Below, piece after piece: positions 20,281 to 28,443 of a stretch of DNA of 64,000 nt. Source of the stretch: Myxococcota bacterium (GTDB lineage: Bacteria; Myxococcota_A; Bradymonadia; UBA7976; UBA1532). The DNA lies in contig JAYZEG010000069.1 in assembly GCA_036337435.1 (NCBI GenBank), positions 1 through 64,000 on the forward strand, written 5' to 3'. The position numbers and the translations under genes were made by a program. Every line of letters starts with the position of its first letter. The stretch's first letter is position 1. Below the pieces are notes generated by a model, which did not search any database, had not been told where the DNA came from, and worked only from the letters and a program-made list of their open reading frames with translations.

Positions 20281-21504
20281 CTAATGAAAGATATGCAATT
20301 GAACCGTTGTTTGACCGAAGATATAGCGGTCTGTTTTCGTTACGCGATATTCTGGACGAATCTCGACGCCCGGCATCAAAAAGAATTCAATACCGCCAAT
20401 GAATTGCCACGTGTTTGATTTTTGAATTGCGTCGGTGACACCTCGCTCGATCCGCAGTGCCGGCACCAACCAATCTTTGATGGCATAGGTTGTCGACAGG
20501 CTTATGCTGGAGTTCGAATAGCTCTCATTGCGTTCACTATGGGAGGCTTCCAATCGCGACTCCAGGCCATTTTGTAAGCCTGCTCCGACGAACGCGTTCG
20601 CTATGTAGAACTCGTTGCTGCCGTAGATCGATGCACCCAACCATGTATTAATGCCGATTGGGGGTGATGGAGGAGGCGCGTCAAAGTCATCAAAATCATC
20701 ATCGCTATCCTGCGCACCGCCCAAGGTAATTCGAGGCAGAAATGTGATGCGAACTGCGTAGGCGGCTGGCCACAGATCGGACGACTTGGTGCCTTGGTTG
20801 AGTGACTGGTCCAAGTTGTCAGTGTGAAATGCGCCTACTTCAGTTCTGAACCAGGACTTTGGCTGGTAGCCTATTTCACCGCCCCATTCGGCATAATTGG
20901 GGGGGATGACAGGCTGACGTGGATAAGCTGCATCACCCCTGAGTAAGGTTGTATGGTCATCGGGTCGAATCCCGATATGGGGTTGCATCATTCCGGCTCG
21001 AGCGGACCAGCCGGTGTCGCTTTGTGCCTGAACAGAGAGTTCGAAACACGACATACCCGGAAAGACTGGATCGCACAATTTGCCATCATATGAGTTGGGC
21101 CCCGCATTGTAGCTCCCGGAGATGGTTACTCCATCGATGAGCGTAGCACCCGCGTTGATTTGAACTTGCATTGGAATGGCTTTTGGTTCTGGGATGGAGA
21201 TGGATTCCTCACCCGATTGATTTCGCTCCCGGACCGGAATGCCAAAATGGGCATACTGAATTCTGATATTGTAGCCCATGGCCAATCGGTCTTCGACAAC
21301 CTGATTGGAGTCAAATAGTCTAAAATCAAATGCCCCGGTTCGTCCCATTGAACCATATCCGACCTCGTTTCGAGCACCGCCGCCGGTCGGGCTAAAATGA
21401 CAGGTAGCGCAGGGCGAACCAGCAGGCAATGCCATGCGTGGTGTCGCGTTGGCAACGGACACCAAACCGGTCAATAACCAGACGCAAATCCAAAGGATCT
21501 TCAT
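20281..21504 (-). CDS. Monoheme c-type cytochrome fused to a predicted outer-membrane beta-barrel (Cyc2-like architecture)
   Basis: Signal peptide ending ANA, then TPRMALPAGSP-CATCH-FSPTGGGARNEVG; the rest is amphipathic beta-strands ending EIRPEYR...TTVQLHIFH. Confidence 0.7.
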   Translation of the reverse strand: MKILWICVWLLTGLVSVANATPRMALPAGSPCATCHFSPTGGGARNEVGYGSMGRTGAFDFRLFDSNQVVEDRLAMGYNIRIQYAHFGIPVRERNQSGEESISIPEPKAIPMQVQINAGATLIDGVTISGSYNAGPNSYDGKLCDPVFPGMSCFELSVQAQSDTGWSARAGMMQPHIGIRPDDHTTLLRGDAAYPRQPVIPPNYAEWGGEIGYQPKSWFRTEVGAFHTDNLDQSLNQGTKSSDLWPAAYAVRITFLPRITLGGAQDSDDDFDDFDAPPPSPPIGINTWLGASIYGSNEFYIANAFVGAGLQNGLESRLEASHSERNESYSNSSISLSTTYAIKDWLVPALRIERGVTDAIQKSNTWQFIGGIEFFLMPGVEIRPEYRVTKTDRYIFGQTTVQLHIFH

Positions 21505-22025
21505 GATGGCGCACTGTTGTCTGGGCTCTCTTCACCGACGAAGACGATTGCTCGATTGGCATTCGCATCAAATTCCACACGATACGAATCGATCGCCTGG
21601 CCTGATAGAGACCCGGGCAGCGGCTGCCCTGATGCATCGAAGCGGGAACCGTGATGAGGACAGATAAGAGAATCATCAAACCAGACAGCTCCGATATTCG
21701 GCGACATTTCTAGCTGCTCATGTGGACAAATTCGATTGAGTGCGATGATTTCTGTTTGCGACGATCGAACCGCTACGAGTTGCCAAGCACCGTCTGTAAC
21801 TTCCGCGATACCGCCGACAGCTTGAAGTGCATTATATTGGCTCGAGTTGAGGTCCAACTCAATTTCCCGATAGCCCAGATCACCGTAGACGTCGGCGAAA
21901 GTGCAGCCCGCTGACGACAGCAGAGCAAGACTGCATCCGCCTGCAATCGTGGTTCGAATGGCGTCTCGCCGTGTCGGTTGGAGAATCTCTAACCCATCCT
22001 CATTTTTGCCCGATTTTTTGGCCAT
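21501..22025 (-). CDS. Tat-exported Rieske [2Fe-2S] lipoprotein
   Basis: Twin-Arg (TRRDAI), lipobox (SAGC), Rieske boxes CPH and CPHHGSRF; RBS GGGGAG. Confidence 0.9.
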   Translation of the reverse strand: MAKKSGKNEDGLEILQPTRRDAIRTTIAGGCSLALLSSAGCTFADVYGDLGYREIELDLNSSQYNALQAVGGIAEVTDGAWQLVAVRSSQTEIIALNRICPHEQLEMSPNIGAVWFDDSLICPHHGSRFDASGQPLPGSLSGQAIDSYRVEFDANANRAIVFVGEESPDNSAPS

Positions 22026-22083
22026 AATTACTCCCCGATCAGGCCTTGCTCTCTATTCATAGCAAAGATTTTCAGACTTGGAC

Positions 22084-22944
22084 TCAAGAAACTGAATTGG
22101 TTCCCGTCGTTTTTCTCCAAGGTGGAGTCTGGCCGATGAGTTTTTCCAACTCTCGGTCGAATGGTTGATAAAATTCGCGGAGTCTTAACTCGATTTCATC
22201 GGGCAGTGGTTCTGGTTTGAAGGGCAGTTGTCGCCCAAAACGCAGCAATCGCTTGATGAAGCTCGGCAGCAGGCGAGACAACCTCGGCCGGTGGAAAACA
22301 AATTTATAAAAGGGATTTTTGAACACCGACCGTGAATTGCGCGGTTTCAGATGAGCTGACACATCAACCGTATCGTCGATGCCAAGAAAGCGAAAGCATT
22401 GCTTGTAGACGCCGTGTGGGTCGTCTTTGAGGTCCGAAAACCAGAGAATGAGTAGGTTGTCTCGTTTGAAATGGGTCAAGAATCGCTTCAGGTAAATGCT
22501 GTAGCATCCTCGACTGAAATAGTTGGTGCGGCCTGCTTTGAAGACTTGGTGGATAGGCTTGCGCAGATGCTCTGCGAAAGAATGGCCTTCAGCCAACCAT
22601 CGGCGATTGTCCCAATATTGTGAGTATGCTCGTTGGACAGGGTCTCTCAGAATCACGATCAGCTTCGCCTGTGGCAGGGCCCTCGCCAAACGTTCAGGTG
22701 AGCGCGGATGGCATAAATAGCCAGGGCTGGCCTCGCCGCATTTCTGACCCGGGTTGGCTTCCCTGAAATAGGACGAATAGTGATTAAGTCCTTTCTTAAA
22801 CTCTCCATCTAGAAAAAAGAAATTGAGTTCCTTCTTCTCGGGTAAATAGAGGTCTGGATGTTGTCTCAGGACGTGCCAGAGACTTGACGTACCGGCTTTC
22901 TGTGAGCCGATGATACAGAAATCTGGTAGGCGCGCATCACTCAT
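22084..22944 (-). CDS. PAPS-dependent sulfotransferase
   Basis: PDFCIIGSQKAGTSSL (5'-PSB), KELNFF, GEASPGY, LRDPVQRAYSQY (3'-PB). Confidence 0.92.
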   Translation of the reverse strand: MSDARLPDFCIIGSQKAGTSSLWHVLRQHPDLYLPEKKELNFFFLDGEFKKGLNHYSSYFREANPGQKCGEASPGYLCHPRSPERLARALPQAKLIVILRDPVQRAYSQYWDNRRWLAEGHSFAEHLRKPIHQVFKAGRTNYFSRGCYSIYLKRFLTHFKRDNLLILWFSDLKDDPHGVYKQCFRFLGIDDTVDVSAHLKPRNSRSVFKNPFYKFVFHRPRLSRLLPSFIKRLLRFGRQLPFKPEPLPDEIELRLREFYQPFDRELEKLIGQTPPWRKTTGTNSVS

Positions 22945-23087
22945 AAGACCGGCTCTGTTCGTCCCTCAGGAATCAATGGTCTGATTTGGCTGAAAAGGTC
23001 GGTCCGGATTGACCATGGCTGAGTTGGCTCTAATGGTTTCATGTCAACGTCCGAAGTCTGGAGAAGTACATGGACCGGCTCTATCAC

Positions 23088-23693
23088 TCACTGCGGTGCC
23101 TTGACCGTCGGCATGCCACGAAACAGGCGTAGACTCTCGCCATCATCGATGCTGTCGAGTTTGAGTGATTTTGAGTTAACCGTGACTTTCCAACGATGTG
23201 TCTTACTCCCGATGGGACCGACGGTAGACGCCTCCACAAACAGTAGATTGGGTCGTTCGGGGTCCGGTGTTTCCGCCACTTTGAGCGCATATGTCCCGCG
23301 TTGAGCACTGTCACCACCGAGATAAATGTTCATTCTGCCATCATCCGCAAACTCGTATGCGACATGGGCCATGGCCTGTTTCTTCGCCTTCATGGCCGCA
23401 AATTGGTCGACTTTTGACAGTTTTCGGATGGCATCATCGGGCTTGATTGAATTCACATCGATTTTCCAAATGCCGACCAGCAAACTTTCTGCATCGTCTT
23501 GATTATCGATGGGTGAATCGGGCGTATCATCAACTTTTTCGTCCGACGGCTCTTCTGCTTTGACGACAGCCTTTGACATCTTTGGTTTTTTCGGTGCGTC
23601 GGGATTCGCCTCCCCAACTTCGTCATCTCCTTGAGCTGTCTCACATCCAAGGAGTGCAGAGCCCAAGACCAGAATCAAAAATAACAATCTCAT
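23088..23693 (-). CDS. Hypothetical lipoprotein (lipocalin-like beta domain possible)
   Basis: Lipobox LLGC; low-complexity linker; LVGIW...YEF..DG...GTY pattern. Confidence 0.75.
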   Translation of the reverse strand: MRLLFLILVLGSALLGCETAQGDDEVGEANPDAPKKPKMSKAVVKAEEPSDEKVDDTPDSPIDNQDDAESLLVGIWKIDVNSIKPDDAIRKLSKVDQFAAMKAKKQAMAHVAYEFADDGRMNIYLGGDSAQRGTYALKVAETPDPERPNLLFVEASTVGPIGSKTHRWKVTVNSKSLKLDSIDDGESLRLFRGMPTVKAPQ

Positions 23694-23797
23694 TCATTCG
23701 CTCCCACATGCTACACCGGCCAGTGGCGTGCGCCCCAGAGTGCTCACGCCGTGTTCTCCTGTCAATGAATCATCGACCCTGGGGCAGGATTCAAGGG

Positions 23798-25771
23798 TCA
23801 ATCTACTTTCTTCGCTGGCCATTCGGCGACAATATACTTTTCTTCGAGTGTAGGCTCACCGCCTACTTTGGGGTCCGGAGACCGGTCCCCAACCCACCAC
23901 ACTGTCACAGATTTGATGCGCTCCCCGGCTTTGAGTTTCAGGCGATCTATTTTTGAGTTTTTCAACCAGCTGATTAACTCGCCGCGATACCGTTTGTGGC
24001 GGCCCGATGCAATGCGCATCGAATAGCTGCCCCAGAATTGGTCCCATTGCATCTTTCTTGCGTCGGCCGGACCGAAATCCGGAATCCGATTTGTCTGCGG
24101 ATCGACGTGGCTGCCATCCATTCGAACGGCATCGATAACGAGCCATCCGTCCTTTACGGGGGCGTTGGGTGCGAACATGCTCCACCCTTGAAAAATCCGA
24201 GCATAGCTCACGATTTTTTTGAGTCCCGTTGGCTGCTTGTAGTTAATGCCGAAGGTCTTCTTCAAAACCTGGACTTTCATGAATCGATTTTCATGCAGCA
24301 TTTGTGATGTCGTCGCGGCAAATAAAAGCACGATGAGACTGGTTGCCACGATGGTCCGAATTGTACTGATGGAGCTGATTACACGCGCTTGGGGTCCAGG
24401 TGAGTCCAACATGATTGGCAGACCACATTCCCCATAACCGAGTGCCGCACTGACCCGATGCCGCCTGGATGCGAAGGCCGCATACATCAGCCCCATGAGC
24501 TGCGTGAGACCAGGGAGAAAGAGTGGCCAGCTGATCAACCGGCCCAGTGGCAGTGCATTGATGATTCGACCAATGGCGCGGTGACCTATTTCATGGCCTC
24601 GTCCATCCACTGACTCAGTGATCAGTGCATCCTCTCGAAGGGCATCGAATCTGTCAGACGACATGCTATGAGGTCTAACTGCGCTGCCTCGACTGCCATG
24701 CCATTCGATCAAGCCGAGCCGGTCAAGACGTGACCCTAAACGGGCTAATCTAAAGCAAATTCCGCAATGATCATCGTACCAAACACGGATTTTCTGGCCC
24801 GACAGTTTACGAAGTATGTCTTTAGCCAGCTCTATATCCTCACGTCTTAGCAGTAAAAAGAAGCTGACCATCATGGTGGGTGAAAACAAACCGACATCGG
24901 TCAGTAACCAAATCCCTGTGTGGAGACCGACCAATAGAATGATGGCGATACGCCTGGCCCAGAGCACCTTAAATGGCGTCAGAAGAAGTAGCGGCGCAAT
25001 CCCCTCGATAACCAGAGTGCCCCAGGTCAGAATTTGTGAAATCCAAAGTGGCCAAGTGGCTTTAGCCCATAGACCAAGGCGTGTGACGATGCGATCTTGC
25101 TCGAGGCAATACGCGATGCTTGTACCGTCAGCCCAGGTACTGCCCCCCTTGTGGACTGTATTGAAGAAGTAAATGATGGCGAGCTGCCATAACACCATGA
25201 ACATGACCAAGGAGCGAATTGGTTTTGTCTCGGAGGCTATGGGTCCGAACAGCTGACCTGGGTTTAAATCGGTTGAATTCCTGAGGCTACTGCGAATCGA
25301 ATCAATGCTGAGGCGTTGACCGAGCGGAAGCCATATCGTCCAAATCCACCAGATGTTCATGACCACATCACCACCATTGGCGAGCATGGTGTTTCGACTG
25401 TGAATGCTCAGAACACACAGCCAGGATATGATTTGAAATAGCTTGGTTCGATACCCGATTGTGAAAAAGAACAGAGAGATCAGTGTAAAGACAAAGAAAC
25501 CAGTCACTTCCGCAGGCGTGGAAAAGCCCGACAATAGGCTGATGTTGTCCCTAAATAGCGGACTGAAAAGATTGTAATGATTACTGAGTGTGCCGGTGTT
25601 GCTGTAGAAGGTTTCTATCCACTGAAACCGTCGAGCTACATCGTAAATGCACAGCAGCCCGAAGACGATTCTAAATAGGCCCATCGCGCTCGGATCAATC
25701 TGGAGCCATGCCTGTCCAAAGCGCTGTCTCACAGTCGATGGGAGTCCCTTTGCGGTCGGTCGACGCGTCAT
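23798..25771 (-). CDS. HTTM-domain membrane protein with inserted DCC1-like thiol-disulfide oxidoreductase domain
   Basis: FRIVFG, GYRTKL, RN..L.NGGD, IYFFN..HK.G.TW.DG, Q.W.MFAP (HTTM-type); VWYDDHCGIC (DxxCxxC). Confidence 0.85.
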   Translation of the reverse strand: MTRRPTAKGLPSTVRQRFGQAWLQIDPSAMGLFRIVFGLLCIYDVARRFQWIETFYSNTGTLSNHYNLFSPLFRDNISLLSGFSTPAEVTGFFVFTLISLFFFTIGYRTKLFQIISWLCVLSIHSRNTMLANGGDVVMNIWWIWTIWLPLGQRLSIDSIRSSLRNSTDLNPGQLFGPIASETKPIRSLVMFMVLWQLAIIYFFNTVHKGGSTWADGTSIAYCLEQDRIVTRLGLWAKATWPLWISQILTWGTLVIEGIAPLLLLTPFKVLWARRIAIILLVGLHTGIWLLTDVGLFSPTMMVSFFLLLRREDIELAKDILRKLSGQKIRVWYDDHCGICFRLARLGSRLDRLGLIEWHGSRGSAVRPHSMSSDRFDALREDALITESVDGRGHEIGHRAIGRIINALPLGRLISWPLFLPGLTQLMGLMYAAFASRRHRVSAALGYGECGLPIMLDSPGPQARVISSISTIRTIVATSLIVLLFAATTSQMLHENRFMKVQVLKKTFGINYKQPTGLKKIVSYARIFQGWSMFAPNAPVKDGWLVIDAVRMDGSHVDPQTNRIPDFGPADARKMQWDQFWGSYSMRIASGRHKRYRGELISWLKNSKIDRLKLKAGERIKSVTVWWVGDRSPDPKVGGEPTLEEKYIVAEWPAKKVD

Positions 25772-25779
25772 ACTTTTGC

Positions 25780-27474
25780 CTAGCTTCCCTTTATGGCATT
25801 CCATGCAATGCCGGGCACTTTGGCCAGAGACGGTTTCTTTTCCATGGATGCCATTCTACGCGCCACAGCCAATGACCGTTTGTGGGTGACAAACCAAGGT
25901 GGCTTAGGGAAAACCTTAAAAGGCCCTCGCAGAACGGTTTTTACTGGCTTATCAAACAAATTGGTGTTGTGCACGAAGCCAATGCCGCTTTGGATGTCGT
26001 CTAAGGTATGACCTGGATAAGCACCCCATGCCGTGGCACCCATGCCGTAGCACAGACCCGGCCAGTGGTTGATGGCAACGCTTCCGTATCTCAGTTCTTT
26101 GATGGCCCTGTTGATTTCTGACTCGATCCGTTTCTCCGTGGTTGGATGCACGATGATGCAGGCGTTCAACGTGCCCCAGAGTCGTTCATTGCAAAAGTCG
26201 ACAGCGGTTTTCAAGAAATCGGCGGCATCATGTCCCGGGAGCGTCGTTTGAGCGGTGATTCCGCAAAAACTTTCTTCCACAAAGCAGATTTCGTTGGTGT
26301 CCTCGCTGGAGCAATTGGGGATTAAAGTCCAAGGTAGGGTGTCTGCTGTGCGCTTCCCGATAGAGACAGCCTGGTCATGTCCATCGACAAATTTGTCGTA
26401 GCGCTCGTGTGCACCAGGGTAATACGCTGGTCGACTCGGCAGCTTGGCCAAGACAGATTTCAACATGTCCATGAATTCGGTACGTTGGTTCCAATCCTCG
26501 TGAAATATAAGCACTTTCGCCGCATTGCAATTAAAGCCACCGTTATTGGTCATTTGCGTTGCGATATTTTCTGCATGAAAGCGAAGCTCTGACTGATTCC
26601 ATGAGCCTGGCACGACGATCACCGGACTTACGTTGCCAAGTTCACTGGTGATTCGCTTGTGGTTTTTGGGTTGGTTTGCGGCTTTCCGGCGCTGACCTTC
26701 TTCACCGGTGCCGAAGACGATCGCATCGTGGGTGAAATTACTCCCTGTGATGTGGATCTCGTCGACGCAGTCGTGTTCGCACAGATATGCGCCGACATCG
26801 CCTCCACCGTAGGCCAAGCGCATGAAGCCTCCATCGATGAGGTCTTTGAATGCACGTTCGATGAATGGCCCTAAGTACTCGTTGACAGGATTCATTTTCA
26901 GAAGGCAAACCTGACCCTCTACGAAGAGTTTGTGGATCACGTCTAATGGGCCGATGCTGGCTACATTTCCGGCACCTAAAACCAATGCGACGCGACCCGA
27001 TTGACCGCTGTGGTCCTGGCGATAAAACTCCGCCATGTGATCGGAGAGGTTTTGTCGGCTAATCCCTTGCGCTTGCCAGATCTCAGCTTCAAATCCAGTG
27101 AGTAGCAATGTGTCTGTGAATTCATGGGGAATCACCTGCACCGCGATTTGGTCAGGTCCGACATCGCGGATTTGCTTTGGTTTGATTTCCACTCGTCCAC
27201 GGTCTCTGAGCTGTCGTAGGCTGTCTAAGAGGAGTCGAATCGTTCGCCCTTGTACAACCGGGCCTGCAAGATAGTCTTCGGCGGCCATCGCACTTCCTGG
27301 CACGACGCCTTTGGCTTCGACAGCTGCATCGACTTGGTCGTCAGCGACTGCAAACGTGCCTTCAAATACGGCTTCGAGATATTTGATACGACTGGCCAGA
27401 TCCATGTGCAGCCAGGTGTCGGCGTGAGACCTCAATACGTCGAGGTCCTTATCTAACTTGCCTTGATCAACCAA
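25780..27474 (-). CDS. Aldehyde dehydrogenase family protein
   Basis: LGAGN, LKMNPVNEY, IHITGS, SELGNVSP, NGGFNC, ESFC. Confidence 0.9.
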   Translation of the reverse strand: MVDQGKLDKDLDVLRSHADTWLHMDLASRIKYLEAVFEGTFAVADDQVDAAVEAKGVVPGSAMAAEDYLAGPVVQGRTIRLLLDSLRQLRDRGRVEIKPKQIRDVGPDQIAVQVIPHEFTDTLLLTGFEAEIWQAQGISRQNLSDHMAEFYRQDHSGQSGRVALVLGAGNVASIGPLDVIHKLFVEGQVCLLKMNPVNEYLGPFIERAFKDLIDGGFMRLAYGGGDVGAYLCEHDCVDEIHITGSNFTHDAIVFGTGEEGQRRKAANQPKNHKRITSELGNVSPVIVVPGSWNQSELRFHAENIATQMTNNGGFNCNAAKVLIFHEDWNQRTEFMDMLKSVLAKLPSRPAYYPGAHERYDKFVDGHDQAVSIGKRTADTLPWTLIPNCSSEDTNEICFVEESFCGITAQTTLPGHDAADFLKTAVDFCNERLWGTLNACIIVHPTTEKRIESEINRAIKELRYGSVAINHWPGLCYGMGATAWGAYPGHTLDDIQSGIGFVHNTNLFDKPVKTVLRGPFKVFPKPPWFVTHKRSLAVARRMASMEKKPSLAKVPGIAWNAIKGS

Positions 27475-27514
27475 TTCGTCCCCTTAAACATCCCCTAAAA
27501 CAGCCCTTCAGGGT

Positions 27515-28099
27515 CTACTCTGAGTCCGGATTCAGTAATTTACGCACCTTTTCGATGGCTCTATCTAGAGCCGGATCAAAACCTAAATCACCCGTGTCCG
27601 ACAATGAAACCCAGTCTAATGCGTCACTTTCCTCACTGAGTTCGATCCGGTCAGGCTCACTTGTCCGAAGAAGATATCGGAAATCTAAATGATAGTGAGC
27701 TGCTTCAGATCGCCTCGCCGGGATCAGATGCACGTCGATGTCAATCGGTTTTAAACCCAGTTTAGGCTCAAAGACCAAGTCTCTGAGTCCGCTTTCCTCG
27801 CTTGCTTCCCGATATGCTGTGATAGCAGGGTCTTGCTCGTCGACTTCGCTGTGTCCGCCAAGCTGTAACCAACGCTGCAATTTTGTGTGATAGGTCAGTA
27901 AAATTCGGTGTCTTTCGTCGACTACAAGTGCAGAGCCGGTAATATGACCAGCCGGGTTTATTTTTCCGAATATTGTGTCCTGTTCTCGAACAAAGCTGGT
28001 GATAAAAGCGACATCGTCTCGTTCCTTTGAATCTGCGCTAACGTGTTCGCTGAGCAGCTTTAAGATCGTCTCTTTATCGTGGCGTTGACTTGCTTTCAT
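27515..28099 (-). CDS. NUDIX hydrolase
   Basis: GHITGSA...W.Q.GGH.E.......A.REA.EESGL; H.H.D.RY. Confidence 0.92.
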   Translation of the reverse strand: MKASQRHDKETILKLLSEHVSADSKERDDVAFITSFVREQDTIFGKINPAGHITGSALVVDERHRILLTYHTKLQRWLQLGGHSEVDEQDPAITAYREASEESGLRDLVFEPKLGLKPIDIDVHLIPARRSEAAHYHLDFRYLLRTSEPDRIELSEESDALDWVSLSDTGDLGFDPALDRAIEKVRKLLNPDSE

Positions 28100-28443
28100 G
28101 CAGATTGGAATACGCGCAGCGACACACTATGACAAGGGGAAACTTAAGATGGGCAGGCCAGAGGCAGTGCGGCTTGGTCGTAGGCCTCGAACAAGAGCAG
28201 CTGTCGAGATTTCTTATGCTTGCGACCGATCGCCCTTGGTTTTTTAGCCGTGTCTCTGAACCCAAGTTCCATCGGTAGAAAGAGCTGCCGTGTCTGATTC
28301 ATACGACCAGTATTACACACACCTACACGTTTACCAAAAACTCGTAATGGGCTTGTAAAGGGGGTAATCCGGATTGAAATCGCTCATTCGTTGACACTCC
28401 TTGTCGGTCGAGATAAGACGGCTGTCTGCCGGTGGAGCCCTGA

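Noticed and set aside
21501..22025. Rieske protein as the bc1-complex subunit PetA/QcrA
   Set aside because: It lacks the disulfide Cys pair, carries a lipobox, and has no adjacent cytochrome b gene.
28391..28419. TTGACA-N17-TAAGAC sigma-70 promoter before the glycosyltransferase
   Set aside because: The -10 element lacks the conserved final T; plausible but weak.
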